DNA of 64,000 nt from the NCBI GenBank assembly GCA_046483985.1, contig JAWOCD010000004.1, positions 1 to 64,000 on the forward strand. Reading direction: 5' to 3'. Origin of the DNA: Promethearchaeia archaeon. GTDB lineage: Archaea; Asgardarchaeota; Lokiarchaeia; Sigyniarchaeales; SOKP01. Position numbers and translations under genes: made by a program. This document shows positions 11,601 through 21,461 of the stretch, piece after piece. Each line of letters starts with the position of its first letter. Position 1 is the stretch's first letter. The notes below the pieces were generated by a model. That model was not told where the DNA came from and did no database searches. It saw only the letters and a list, made by a program, of their open reading frames with translations.

Positions 11601-11972
11601 GCTGATAGTTTCCCAAGGTGCATGAAGTGACGTTTCAGCAGTGACCTTAATATTCTCTTCTTTCAATAATTTTAATAAATGTACTAGATTATCGGGGTTT
11701 TGTAAAAACGGCTCGCCGCCACTCAGTGTTACTCCACCGTTGGTTGAGAAGTAATATTTTTTATCTCTGGAAATTATTTCCATTATATCCTCAATTGTAT
11801 AATTACATTCGGAAGCTGCACTTCCATTATGCTTCTGTCCTTCGGGATTTTGACACCAGAGACATCTCAGATTGCACCCTTGGAAAAAAATTGTAGTACG
11901 GATTCCAGGTCCATCATAGACACACGTGCGTTGGATATCAAACGGTTTTAATCTTTTTTGCGTTATTTGCAT
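8685..11972 (-). CDS. Fusion of glycyl-radical activating enzyme (radical SAM) and PFL-family glycyl radical enzyme
   Basis: N-term DGPGIRT, GCNLRCLWCQNPE, SGGEP; C-term SFGRLDQ, VGCVEP (catalytic Cys), RIAGYCAYF (Gly radical loop). Confidence 0.9.
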   Translation of the reverse strand: MQITQKRLKPFDIQRTCVYDGPGIRTTIFFQGCNLRCLWCQNPEGQKHNGSAASECNYTIEDIMEIISRDKKYYFSTNGGVTLSGGEPFLQNPDNLVHLLKLLKEENIKVTAETSLHAPWETISKAAPYIDLFLVDLKVVGNEGLHIKYTKQDYTVIHENISKLLELGANVKFRMVMVPGYTDIEENIQATAEFLHSIDYDSIELMKYHNMYEDKAERLGLDIALLGISPEQSQASLEKGAKLFRDYGIQADSVDLNMDSRYEPSFTPRVKRIQKDVRDAPRHLCIESGRLKTEYYKEHGFEKSPYIHRAERLSHVLENKKIDIYPQELLVGNFTPERKGSQLWEEYHGTLGFSFLYAIDRQTPMPYQISLKDKLYCYLKIFPWWAFRSLMAKVYPKISGIIAAISRTSDMKYGLNNNLLAIAHFVANYDPILKLGTSGLREKIKSLQQEHSEDKKKQNFYEATIVALKGLETFGQRYANLLSKLSKKERDPERRKELEKMAKICDHVPKYPARTFHEALQCITFIHIALCMESYENAISFGRLDQMLYPYYKKDKEEGRITYEEAKELIALFVLKMDELVLTTDGDNSFVSAYKTVETSSSDQALTFGGVDKEGNDATNELTYMFLDACKLQSYSIDMGARIHENSPPEYLNKIADIFISGCPLPQLFSDENYIEALQKHYPTSLENARDYSIVGCVEPTASNDHFGNTDCANVNLAFPLLQALEGQEHDLWNPGLSEHFLILVTNFMKFLFKGKNRISRFIRRICNKLIKRHNYKKGLYKYNPPSSMEELLERYQERLNEVTKSILTEHQKIESKLRKYFPTPLASTLFENCLETGKDVYEGGAEFNSCGIQAVGVTDVADSFHAINEVVYKKHLFTMDEIIKAIEHNFQGKYEKVRSALLSVPKFGEDSSKEATAWMNKVMEMYNNALDSVPNCPRNGRYSAGYYALAVNTAYGKRTPALPSGRLKGVPLANSITPHYGMEQSDLLSTLNSISDVDFTEHAENGTTVTLTVDSALFQDNKGTENLATIFKTFLTNGGMQLQPNIVNRQILEDAYENPEKYPNLLVRIAGYCAYFNELSDEMKKIIINRTCYT

Positions 11973-12179
11973 ATTTAAATTTCCTTTAAATACATACTTT
12001 AATTACTATTTTTAATATTAACTAATATATGAAGTAAGTAATATTTATCTCTTTTCCTCTTACTAAATATGGAGACTATATCCATTACCCTAACTCAGAC
12101 ATATGGCTCAGAGGCTCGGATTTAGAGGCTTTGTTGAGTTACATTTTAATAGATATCATGCAAACGCTTATAATACCGT

Positions 12180-12456
12180 GGGGATCGATTCATGCACCAC
12201 ATGCAGCCGTAGATGTCGAAGTCTTCCAAGAACGGGATAATCCTATTCCCGCTATCGGTCATCACCTCCCAGATCTGGGCTTCTTTCATCTCGAAGGATA
12301 ATACCGTCCCAAGAGATCATCCTCGCCAAATACATGCGTAAAGAACAGGTCACCGGTCACATAATCTGGCAAGATCAAAAAGTGCGCAATCTCAAAGTAT
12401 TGAAAGATGTCCAGAAAGATTTGTTGCAGATCGGACAGCAGCGCGTTCTTAGGAAG
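12180..12456 (-). pseudogene. GC-richer frameshifted coding remnant of unknown family
   Basis: LPKNALLSDLQQIFLDIFQY...; then a second frame FEMKEAQIWEVMTDSGNRIIPFLEDFDIYG. Confidence 0.3.
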
Positions 12457-12553
12457 ATATAATATATATCGTCTATCATATTATCTTTAGATGTTTCTCT
12501 TCAAGCTTTACTAATTGTCTCTTCTGGAAATATTTTTGGATTCAGTTTACATC

Positions 12554-12814
12554 TCATTCTTTTTTCATATCATCGTTATCTGGTTTTTTTTCATATAGCA
12601 TGATCCATATCCACAGAAATCCAATAATAAATGGAGTTAAATAAACAGCTATTATTTCAGGATCGTATTGATGTAATGATGCTATATGATCGACTACTCC
12701 TCCAAAAAAGTATGAATGTGTTGATAAGTACCAAAAAGTATATATCAACAGAGAAATACCTGAGATTATTACGATAGCCCATAGAATCTTTATTTTTGAT
12801 TCTTGATCAACCAT
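12554..12814 (-). CDS. Small 2-TM membrane protein
   Basis: 86 aa, two hydrophobic helices, GGAGG upstream. Confidence 0.6.
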   Translation of the reverse strand: MVDQESKIKILWAIVIISGISLLIYTFWYLSTHSYFFGGVVDHIASLHQYDPEIIAVYLTPFIIGFLWIWIMLYEKKPDNDDMKKE

Positions 12815-13218
12815 CCTTTTTTCACCTCCTTGATTTTGTTGGAGATTCGTTTATACTTGCTTTCCAAACGACTACTTGTCTTATTATTAGACTAGGCTAG
12901 GGAAGTATAATAGTTTAATAAACTGCCATAATTCTTTTCCATCGTCTCTTATAATCTAATCTCAATAGCTAATTTAAGTTCGCTTCCCAATTCAATTTCC
13001 AAGTCTCTTAAGAGTTACGCTTCGGATTCTCGTATTTGAGCACCCTAAAAAGATGAGTCCTCTTTCTCTTGATATAATCTCATAATTGTTTTCTGTGGAG
13101 GAGGAATATAAGTTCAACGAATTAAGTAATACTTCCGAGCAATTGCAATAGACCTTGCATGTAGTCTTTTAATGAAATACAACTTACATTTTTCATCGCG
13201 GATCTCTTCTAATTTCAT
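12800..13218 (-). pseudogene. Decayed ORF with several in-frame stops
   Basis: MKLEEIRDEKCKL...*...LLRDLEIELGSELKLAIEIRL* in one frame, with mixed TGA/TAG/TAA. Confidence 0.3.
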
Positions 13219-13269
13219 CTAAGAACCAAGAAATTTTTCCAATATTATAATGATACTTACCATATTTAA

Positions 13270-13773
13270 ATGATTTGTATTTTCCATAGACGATATTCTA
13301 TCTCTATTCTAAAAGATAGACTACGTCAGATCAAGAGAATCCTCCAAACTCTGCTATTGACTTGGTCTTTCAATAGACATATATTGAAGAAATATTATAT
13401 TTCTTTTTTAATCTTAGTTCAGAGGTTGAAAGAAGATAGTTTTGAAGCTCGGGGAGGGGTTGATTATATAAACGGATATTTGATGGATTCTGCGGATAAT
13501 GTCTATAAAAATTATTCAAAGTATGAAAAAAGAAACTTTTCTTTTATTACAGCGAAAACGGATTCCTATTGCGTGATTTTTGAAAATCCAGCAACTATAA
13601 CTTATTCGCGAACTGTAGTAACTAATATTTCTACAACAGATATAACGCCACAACCGTTTACCTTGAGTTCTCTAGTAATTAACTCTTTGCCAGCGCAACT
13701 CTCAAAAAGACTTTTTTTATATTCTGTTTATATGAGAGAATTTAAGAAGGAAATGAGGGCGATAAAAATCTAG
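13270..13773 (+). pseudogene. Possible GOLD (emp24/gp25L/p24)-like remnant
   Basis: Central part GGVDYINGYLMDS...NFSFITAKTDSYCVIFENPATITYSRTV; flanking sequence looks non-native. Confidence 0.35.
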
Positions 13774-14155
13774 GATTATGATTTATAGTTAGTTTCTCCT
13801 CTTTCTTGAGAAAAGGGTGAAAGATCCGTGCGTCTCTGAGCCTCAGAGAAGATCTGTAGACTCTCAAACGGTATAGGAATAGGGGTAAAATAATCACGCA
13901 AAAAACGCGCAATAACCAAAAGACAAAAATCCAGGGCAACGCACGAATCCTTCATGGAATAATATAAAATGATTCATCTTTTGTTCATAATAGCATTATA
14001 TATTGGGCTTTAAAAACTTATATCTTATTTTCTATTGAGCCAGAGTTCCCATAATTTTTTAAAAAATGTCTTAAAGGTCTTTTAGCAGAGAAATAAGCTT
14101 TATCCGCACGATTATCAGAATAAATCATATTTTAAAAAGATACCTTTCAATAGAG

Positions 14156-15499
14156 TTAATCTACTTTAAGCAGAATTATAAAATTACTCCCTTGGGTATG
14201 ATCTCCTTTTATTCGATTTTCAACCCAGATTTTTCCCCCGCATTCGTCTATAATCTCCTTAACCAGGGACAATCCAATACCCATCCCACCTTTTTTATTA
14301 GCCTCTTGATAATTTTCTTGGAAGATGTGTTTTTTACGATCGTCAGTAATGCCAACACCGTTATCCTTAAATTCTATCTTCACGAATGCCTTACCTTTCT
14401 TCTCTATTTTCTCTATATTTATCCAAATTTTAACCCTTTCCCTCTTATTATGGATTACTGCGTTCATTAAAATGTTTTCAAACGCCTTATTTAATAAATC
14501 TGTTCCCCTAATCTGGTTTAACTTTTGTGGGTAAGTGGTTTGGAGATTAATACTTCTTCTTCGGAAAAATTTCTTGATATAATCGATTGATGATTCAATC
14601 AAAGGCTTTATATCAAGGGATTCGGGCCGTATCATTTGTTTTTCCAATGATGTGAGATTTCGCACATCAGAAATCAATGAACTTCCTAATTCTACTTGTT
14701 CCCTTAGAATTTCCAGAAGATCTTCTTTTTTATATTTTCTTGAAGGGGATTTCTCCCTCATTTCCATTAATTGTATGGATGTTTTCATATTATTTAGAAT
14801 ATTCCCCATATTATGGGAAAGTAAATCCTTATAAAAATTTATCTTATTATAAGATTGCTTTAAATATTGTGTATTCTCCTTTTCTCTTGTTATATCCTCA
14901 TAGACGGCAACGATTTCTCCAGAAGGAAGTTTATATACATAATTATCCCGCCATCCCTCGATATTATTATCTTTATAGAGTTTGGGAGGGTAATATTCTG
15001 GTTTACCGGTCTTCCATACTCTCTGAAAGACTTTCATAAGACCAAAATTTTTAATTCCTGGAAAAATCTTGGTTACTGGTTTTCCAAGTACTTCTTCTCT
15101 TTTAACTTCACCAAGTTTTTCTCCGAATTTATTAATTTCTACAAATTTGAAATCCTTTCCATTATCAATCGCCTCATATATAGCAACTCCGCTGCGTATA
15201 TTATTAAAAAGTTCCCAATATTTTTTTTCTGATTGTTTTAATTGCTGTTTTACTCTTCTATCTCTACTATAGAAATAATTAGCAATGATGCTAAAAGCAA
15301 GAATAAATGATATTCCATATAACCGCATCCAGAGATCATGCAAGCTCGGAAAAGAAAGATTGGCATAAAAAGAGGCGCTTGGTCTAAATATAAAAAAATC
15401 CAAGCATGAATCAAGCAACCAATAGATAATACTAAAGAAGAAGCCAATTAGAATAATTTTATACCTTTTGATAATGTTTTCTGGATAATCTTTAGTCAT
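14156..15499 (-). CDS. Membrane-bound PAS-domain sensor histidine kinase
   Basis: 2 TM; H-box LLSHNMGN; N-box FENILMNAVIHN; DNGVGI; GMGIGL. Confidence 0.9.
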   Translation of the reverse strand: MTKDYPENIIKRYKIILIGFFFSIIYWLLDSCLDFFIFRPSASFYANLSFPSLHDLWMRLYGISFILAFSIIANYFYSRDRRVKQQLKQSEKKYWELFNNIRSGVAIYEAIDNGKDFKFVEINKFGEKLGEVKREEVLGKPVTKIFPGIKNFGLMKVFQRVWKTGKPEYYPPKLYKDNNIEGWRDNYVYKLPSGEIVAVYEDITREKENTQYLKQSYNKINFYKDLLSHNMGNILNNMKTSIQLMEMREKSPSRKYKKEDLLEILREQVELGSSLISDVRNLTSLEKQMIRPESLDIKPLIESSIDYIKKFFRRRSINLQTTYPQKLNQIRGTDLLNKAFENILMNAVIHNKRERVKIWINIEKIEKKGKAFVKIEFKDNGVGITDDRKKHIFQENYQEANKKGGMGIGLSLVKEIIDECGGKIWVENRIKGDHTQGSNFIILLKVD

Positions 15500-15884
15500 T
15501 TTTTTCTAAAGTCTCTTTTATTTTTAATAAATCTTTAATAGTTTTAAGAAGAATGTGAATATCAAAAGGCTTAGTGAGAAATTTGACCGCTCCCATTGAA
15601 AGCGCCCTTTTTTTCACGCTGGGATCAGCACTGGCAAATATTATTTTCTCGTTCTTATTGATATTCAGAATTTCGTTCATAGCATCTATTCCATTCATCA
15701 AAGGCATCCGGTAGTCCATTATGATTAATTCCGGATCAAACTTGGAGCTTTTATATGTTTTAATTGCTTCTCTTCCGTTACTTGCAAATTTTATTGAATC
15801 TATATCTATCTCTGCTAATATTAACTTATACAATCTCTGTACATATTGATCATCATCTACAATCAAAATTTTAGTATTTATCAT
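15492..15884 (-). CDS. Single-domain response regulator (CheY-like)
   Basis: ILIVDDD, MDYRMP.MNG, FLTKPF; overlaps the kinase start. Confidence 0.92.
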   Translation of the reverse strand: MINTKILIVDDDQYVQRLYKLILAEIDIDSIKFASNGREAIKTYKSSKFDPELIIMDYRMPLMNGIDAMNEILNINKNEKIIFASADPSVKKRALSMGAVKFLTKPFDIHILLKTIKDLLKIKETLEKND

Positions 15885-16420
15885 ATAAATAAATCTGTTG
15901 GGGAAATCCTTATATATGTTTAAATTAACATTGCCTTATACGCCTTATATTCTCCGGTATAGTCTCGTGATGATCTCCAATCATTACTAAGGGAAGTTTA
16001 ATTACCCAAAAAAATCCCCGTCGTAGATTTTATCAAAAAGTCTTGCTTGTCATAATCAATAAATTTCTTAAGGGTTTGGAGAGAGAAGCGCCGTTTTCTT
16101 TATTTTTTAAAAACACCATATTTCGGTTGGGTGAGAAAGTTAGTTAGGTAAATATCATTATGGATTATTAAAGCTATTCTTTAAATTCTATAAATGGAAA
16201 TTTAAATTACAATTTTTTTCTTTCTTTCTATTCTCCGTCAATGCCACTATTTTTCTTTTTAAAGACACGTCAATTTTGGGATGTAAACATATCCATATCA
16301 TACCTATAAAAAAAAGAACAAATTAGGTAAAACCGCAAATGGATCTTGAATCGAGTGCAGGTCAGAAAGGATAAAAGGGGGCCCAAGAGGAGAACGCTGC
16401 CGTTCTTAGGTTAAAATTAG

Positions 16421-16471
16421 GGCAAAATCCATCCTCGTCCTAAAGGACGGGGTATTCTTTTGCCTTTAATG
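16421..16471 (-). mobile_element. IS200/IS605-type hairpin element, copy 2 (left-end-like, extended stem)
   Basis: Minus strand TTTAT|CATTAAAGGCAAAAGAATACCCCGTCCTTTAGGACGAGGATGGATTTTGCC. Confidence 0.7.
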
Positions 16472-16520
16472 ATAAAAAAGATTTTTTCTTCCTTATGCTT
16501 CTAAAATTTCAGATCGACAT

Positions 16521-17021
16521 TTAGATGCAGTTTTTGATTCTAAAATTTCGAATTTTAATATACTTATCGAAGTCTTTCAGATTCAAATAATTTTCAAGAG
16601 TTTGCTTGAGAATTTCTTTCATTATCTCAATTCCGTCTTGTAATGCGTCCTTTTTCTTAGCAATGAGTAATAGGTACTCCGAAGTTGCCTTCATAAAATA
16701 ACAGTTCTTATCGAAATCCTTATTCTCATATTCTTCCAAGATGGTGTTGGCTTTATGGATTTTATCGGGGATGGTGAAAATGACCATTAAATAATTTTCT
16801 CCATATTCTGGCTTGATATAAGAGTCGCGGATTCCCACAGCCAATAATGCTTGTTTCAAGTAGCTTTTAAATAAGTATTGCAATGGATTCAAATCCTTTC
16901 GAAAAAAACTTTTATTGTGATAAAACCGGAATTTATTGTTCAATTTTAACGGTTCTCCATCAGAATAAGATATCTCGTTTGGTGCATTATCAAATTCATA
17001 TTCTTTAATATATTCAGACAT
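16521..17021 (-). CDS. Hypothetical protein resembling the GH20 N-terminal (domain 2) fold
   Basis: CYFMKATSEYLLLIAKKKDALQDGIEIMKEIL...IRNFRIKN pattern. Confidence 0.45.
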   Translation of the reverse strand: MSEYIKEYEFDNAPNEISYSDGEPLKLNNKFRFYHNKSFFRKDLNPLQYLFKSYLKQALLAVGIRDSYIKPEYGENYLMVIFTIPDKIHKANTILEEYENKDFDKNCYFMKATSEYLLLIAKKKDALQDGIEIMKEILKQTLENYLNLKDFDKYIKIRNFRIKNCI

Positions 17022-17167
17022 TATTCGTTTTTCACACTTCTTATCTTAGAAATAAAGTTAATTTATTATCACACATGTTATATACTAAAGATATAGTTAG
17101 ATTTTTAAAAAAGTTCTGTATTATAATTCAAAATAGCGCCATCAGATTCGCTTAGAGATATTAGGGT

Positions 17168-18145
17168 ATGAGAATTGAAACCTTAGAACTTAAAAACAAT
17201 CTTTTTTTAGCCCCATTACAAAACGTCACCACCGCACCCTATCGGCGGTTTTGCCGATATTATTCTGAAATTGGGATGGTTTCTGTTCCCATGCTTTATA
17301 TGCTTCGGGTAGCAAACAGTCCAAATTCCGTTAAACCCGAATTAATTAAAATAGAAGAAGAGCGCCCGATAAGCATTCAATTAATCGGAAATAAAAAGCA
17401 AGCGTTAATAGATTCGATTGATTTCCTTGAGAGTTATCGATATGATATGCTTGATATTAATGCAGGATGTCCTTCTCGGAGGGCAATAACTTCTAAAAGA
17501 GGAGGGTATTTAACGGGAAATCTTAAAGAACTCAAAAAGATAATTAAAACTGCCGTTAAATACTCTGCAAAACCCGTATCCGTCAAGATTAGAATAGGAC
17601 TTAATGAAGTTGTGGATGTAAAAAAGTTGAGTACTATCCTTAATGATTCCGGAATTAGTCTGGTCATTGTCCACGCAAGAACTGTTCAAGATCGATTTAG
17701 TAAAGAGGCTTTAAATTTGTCATTCGTAAAGCACTTAACAGAGAAAGTAAACATTCCTGTAATCGGAAATGGTGATATTTGGGATGGAAAAAATGCCAAA
17801 CACTTTTTGAATTTTACGGGAGTTGACGGATTGATGATTGGACGGGCAAGCAAGGGAGATCCCGACGTTTTCAATCGAATCGAAACGTATCTGAAAAATG
17901 AGGAAAAAGTGCCCCACAAGAATTCTATGAGGATTTTACGAGAAAAAGTAAAGACCTATGAAAGGATCATTGATGAATTTTTACAGGACACAGATTTAAT
18001 CAGCGAAAAACCCGATTTTAAATATCATGAATTATTTCGGAATGCCATTTGGCTGACAAAAAATTTGCCAGACTCAACCCAATTACGGAGAGAAATTAGC
18101 CAATGTAGAACAATAACAGAGATTAAGCAATTGCTCAATATCTAA
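17168..18145 (+). CDS. dus: tRNA-dihydrouridine synthase family protein
   Basis: LAPLQ, DINAGCP, VSVKIRIG, VHART, VIGNGDI, GLMIGRA. Confidence 0.92.
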   Translation: MRIETLELKNNLFLAPLQNVTTAPYRRFCRYYSEIGMVSVPMLYMLRVANSPNSVKPELIKIEEERPISIQLIGNKKQALIDSIDFLESYRYDMLDINAGCPSRRAITSKRGGYLTGNLKELKKIIKTAVKYSAKPVSVKIRIGLNEVVDVKKLSTILNDSGISLVIVHARTVQDRFSKEALNLSFVKHLTEKVNIPVIGNGDIWDGKNAKHFLNFTGVDGLMIGRASKGDPDVFNRIETYLKNEEKVPHKNSMRILREKVKTYERIIDEFLQDTDLISEKPDFKYHELFRNAIWLTKNLPDSTQLRREISQCRTITEIKQLLNI

Positions 18146-18477
18146 AGGCTTTTTTAAACTTCTTTAAAGAGTCATTCTTTTATCGAAATCTCATACTCGT
18201 GAAGCTCAGAAACGAAGACACAAAACATAACCGAACAGAGAACAGATCTCCCAGATCGAAGAAAAAATGAGATCTTTTGCGAAAGTCTGGTCCACCAAAC
18301 ACTGCAGTCCAGAAATGGCCGAAAAAATTTTGGAGTTGGCTTTATCCTATCTACTTTAAAATTTCTTCTTTTTTCTTTTAGAAATATTGATTTCAATTGG
18401 AATTCCTAACTTTGGGAATTTAGATCACTTCTTAAGTTCTTTTTTATCAGGAAATTTCGCATTTGTGAACATTCAAT

Positions 18478-19824
18478 TCACCGCTTTTTGGTGATTCTTT
18501 CAATATCATCCAAATCATAGCATTTCACATTTTTTCCCTTATATTCCGTAAGTGTTTGATAAAATGATCGTGCAAATATCATAAAATTTTCTTGTCTCTC
18601 CTTAGAATACCAATCAACATGCTCGGTTTTCTTAATTAAGTTTTTCATAATCCGTTTCGCATTTACATTTTTCTGCCATTTGCACTCAATAAAGGTTACC
18701 ACCTTGTTTAATTGATTAAGTGCTAATAAATCTATTTCGTGGTCTTTCCACCACCATCTTCCTATTTTTGTAAATTCCAGCAAATCCGAAGCCCGAATAA
18801 GAAGGTTTTTGATGATATCTTCGAAAATAGGTCCCAAATAGGCGGGATATTGCTTTTGAATTAATTCAATTTCGAAAACACCTTCCTCAATAGAACTCAG
18901 ATTAGGATAAATAAATCGAAACCAGAACTGTAGAAAATGATCCTTAAGGAAATAGCGACCTCGCCTTGAATTTACATTCTCCGTGATTGGAACCTCTCGA
19001 GTAATCATGTCAACTTCAATTAGGTTTTTCAAGTAGGGACTAATATCAGTTCGTTTGCTCTTGATATACATTTTAATCTCATTTAATGTGTTATTTCCGA
19101 ATGCAATTGCCTCTAGGATTGATTTATAAGTTCCAGGGCGGGTAAATTCATATCGCATTAAAAAATCAATCTCATCAAGGAAAATGGTGCTTTTCTTTTG
19201 AAACTCATTCGCAATCCAGTTCCAAAATGGTAGTTCAATCATGTTTAGGTAATATGGGATTCCATCGGCAAAACTATAGATTTCAATTTGCTCTTTGAGA
19301 TTTTGGCCCGGAAAAAATTGAGCAAAATCGAAAAAATCAAGCGGTTTAAGTTTCAGTGAGGCGGAACGACGCCCATAGAGAGGGCTAGCGTAATCAAGTA
19401 CCTTGGATGTAATTATCGAGACTGAAGAACCGACAAGAAATAGTTTCAAACTTGAGGATTTTAAAATATTATCAGCTATTGATTGGAGAAGATTCAAAAT
19501 ATTGGCATCTTCTTTAATCATTTCTTGAAATTCATCAAGTATTATAACCTCTACTTTATTTTTTAGATGATCAAATAAGATCTCATAATCCTCTTTTAAC
19601 TTGGAAATCTCGGGTAAATTGGAAAGACTTGCTTTATAAAATCGCTCTAAGTTATTTTCGCCAACGGCAAGATAATAGAGTCTTTTTTTATTCTTAGTTG
19701 CTTGCAGTATCAATTCTGTTTTCCCGACTCTACGACGCCCATAAATAATTACAAGTTGAAACTTATCTCGATCTAGTATTTCCTCAAGTTCATTTAGTTC
19801 TTTTTTTCTATTCTGAAATTTCAT
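18478..19824 (-). CDS. Archaeal ATPase (ATPase_2 / DUF234) protein
   Basis: YGRRRVGKT Walker A, IILDEFQ, SPLYGR, DGIPYYL, FWFRFI, EIDLLA...IECKW. Confidence 0.92.
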   Translation of the reverse strand: MKFQNRKKELNELEEILDRDKFQLVIIYGRRRVGKTELILQATKNKKRLYYLAVGENNLERFYKASLSNLPEISKLKEDYEILFDHLKNKVEVIILDEFQEMIKEDANILNLLQSIADNILKSSSLKLFLVGSSVSIITSKVLDYASPLYGRRSASLKLKPLDFFDFAQFFPGQNLKEQIEIYSFADGIPYYLNMIELPFWNWIANEFQKKSTIFLDEIDFLMRYEFTRPGTYKSILEAIAFGNNTLNEIKMYIKSKRTDISPYLKNLIEVDMITREVPITENVNSRRGRYFLKDHFLQFWFRFIYPNLSSIEEGVFEIELIQKQYPAYLGPIFEDIIKNLLIRASDLLEFTKIGRWWWKDHEIDLLALNQLNKVVTFIECKWQKNVNAKRIMKNLIKKTEHVDWYSKERQENFMIFARSFYQTLTEYKGKNVKCYDLDDIERITKKR

Positions 19825-19996
19825 TTTGTATAATCGTGATTAGTATAATCTTTATTATACAATTATTTTTTTATTTTTTAAATTTTTGTATGAACTCCCT
19901 CTACCTTATTTCTATATCTCATCAAATAATTAGAATGTTACATTTTAACAAAAAAAAATAGAAAATAAAAAGAGTAATAAATATAAAAAATAGATC

Positions 19997-21019
19997 TTAT
20001 TGATATCTTTCTAAGAGTTCTTCAGGCGTAAATACCCCGTCTTCGGTAATAATACCGGCGACTAAATTAAACGGCGTAATATCAAAAGCATAGTTCAAAC
20101 ACTCAACGCCATCGGGGACGATCTTGACTTTTCCTAAGACGTTACTAACTTCTGAACTATCACGCTGTTCAATCTCTACATCATCAACGGTGTCCTCCAG
20201 TGAGAGCGTGGAACTCGGGGCAGCTACATAAAAAGGAATATCATTATCGTTTGCCGCAAGAGCGACAAGATATGTCCCAATTTTATTAAACACAGCATCT
20301 GAACTAACCCGATCTGTACCCACAATTACCTTATCTATTTTTCCAAGACGCATCAGTAAGCCAGATGAATTATCAACGATCACGTTAACGGGGATCTCGT
20401 CGTAATGCAGCTCATAGGCAGTTAACCGGGCACCTTGGAGGCGAGGTCTGGTTTCATCGGCAATCACGGTAACGTCTTTTCCTTGCGCCACCGCGGAACG
20501 TACAGGGGCTAAGGCGGTCCCGTATTGGACGGTTGCTAAGGATCCCGCATTACAATGCGTAAGGACGGTATCCCCATCCTCTAATAACTCTGCTCCATGC
20601 TTCCCGATGCCTTTATTCACGTCAATATCTTCTTGGGCCATTCTTTTTGCTTCCTCAATTACGTCCTCCGTAATTGCTCCTGGATCCTTCTCGGATTCTT
20701 TGATTATCTTCCAAATTCGCCTTACAGCCCAAAAGAGATTGGATGCGGTGGGTCTGGTGCTTTTAATGACCTCAGCAGCCTCTTCCATTTTTTGTAGAAA
20801 TTCGTCCTTTGGCAAGGTCTTGTATTCCAAAGCCGCTTGAGCCATTCCCATCGCTGCAGCAACACCAATTGCCGGCGCACCTCGAATATTCATAACTTTT
20901 ATGGAGTTCGCCACATCCCGATAATCATCAAACTCCAAAAATTTCAGCTTGTGCGGTAAGATGGTCTGATCTACCATTTTGACCTTATTATCTTCAGTCC
21001 ATTCAATTGAGGGGATCAT
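19997..21019 (-). CDS. mtnA: S-methyl-5-thioribose-1-phosphate isomerase (eIF2B-like family)
   Basis: IRGAPAIG, TRPTA.NL, LTHCNAGSLAT, ETRPRLQGARLT, NKIGTY, FDITP. Confidence 0.92.
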   Translation of the reverse strand: MIPSIEWTEDNKVKMVDQTILPHKLKFLEFDDYRDVANSIKVMNIRGAPAIGVAAAMGMAQAALEYKTLPKDEFLQKMEEAAEVIKSTRPTASNLFWAVRRIWKIIKESEKDPGAITEDVIEEAKRMAQEDIDVNKGIGKHGAELLEDGDTVLTHCNAGSLATVQYGTALAPVRSAVAQGKDVTVIADETRPRLQGARLTAYELHYDEIPVNVIVDNSSGLLMRLGKIDKVIVGTDRVSSDAVFNKIGTYLVALAANDNDIPFYVAAPSSTLSLEDTVDDVEIEQRDSSEVSNVLGKVKIVPDGVECLNYAFDITPFNLVAGIITEDGVFTPEELLERYQ

Positions 21020-21275
21020 TGTACTTAAAAAAATGTTTGAACCTTTAAAATACTTGATTTTGTCCTTCGATTATTATTCATCTGAATGATCATTCAATTT
21101 CGTAATACTTTTTTCTAAAGGAATAATATCCCGCGAGGTGATTTAAGGAAAGGTCCTTTAATTTCTGTTCATACTGGCTCCTAATCTATTCATATTATCC
21201 TCTATAAGCCAAGAGTTTAAATATAATCTTACGTCAATACTATATAATATAATCAAAACAAATTGCTGATCGAAA

Positions 21276-21404
21276 ATGAAAATCAAAAAGAAAGAAAAAA
21301 CTGTTGTAGCAGCTTGTAAGTGCGGGGGCGGATGCGTCTCTACCAGTTGTAAATGTGGAGGAGGCTGTGCCTCTACGAGCTGCAAATGCGGTTGCGGCTG
21401 TTAG
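21276..21404 (+). CDS. 42-aa Cys-rich repeat peptide (candidate RiPP precursor or metallothionein); absent from the ORF track
   Basis: Translated by hand: MKIKKKEKTVVAACKCGGGCVSTSCKCGGGCASTSCKCGCGC*; repeats differ mostly at synonymous sites; TATA-like TTTAAATA near 21216; U-tract after the stop. Confidence 0.8.
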   Translation: MKIKKKEKTVVAACKCGGGCVSTSCKCGGGCASTSCKCGCGC

Positions 21405-21461
21405 GTCGCAAAAATTTAATAACTCTTTTTTATTCTTTTTTCTATTATTTTTCATTAATAT

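Noticed and set aside
12800-13218. Stop-codon recoding (Sec/Pyl) in an ORF with in-frame stops
   Set aside because: Stops are a mix of TGA, TAG and TAA, consistent with decay.
18172-18420. Possible transposase remnant and small inverted repeat
   Set aside because: No recognisable catalytic motif or paired terminal repeats.
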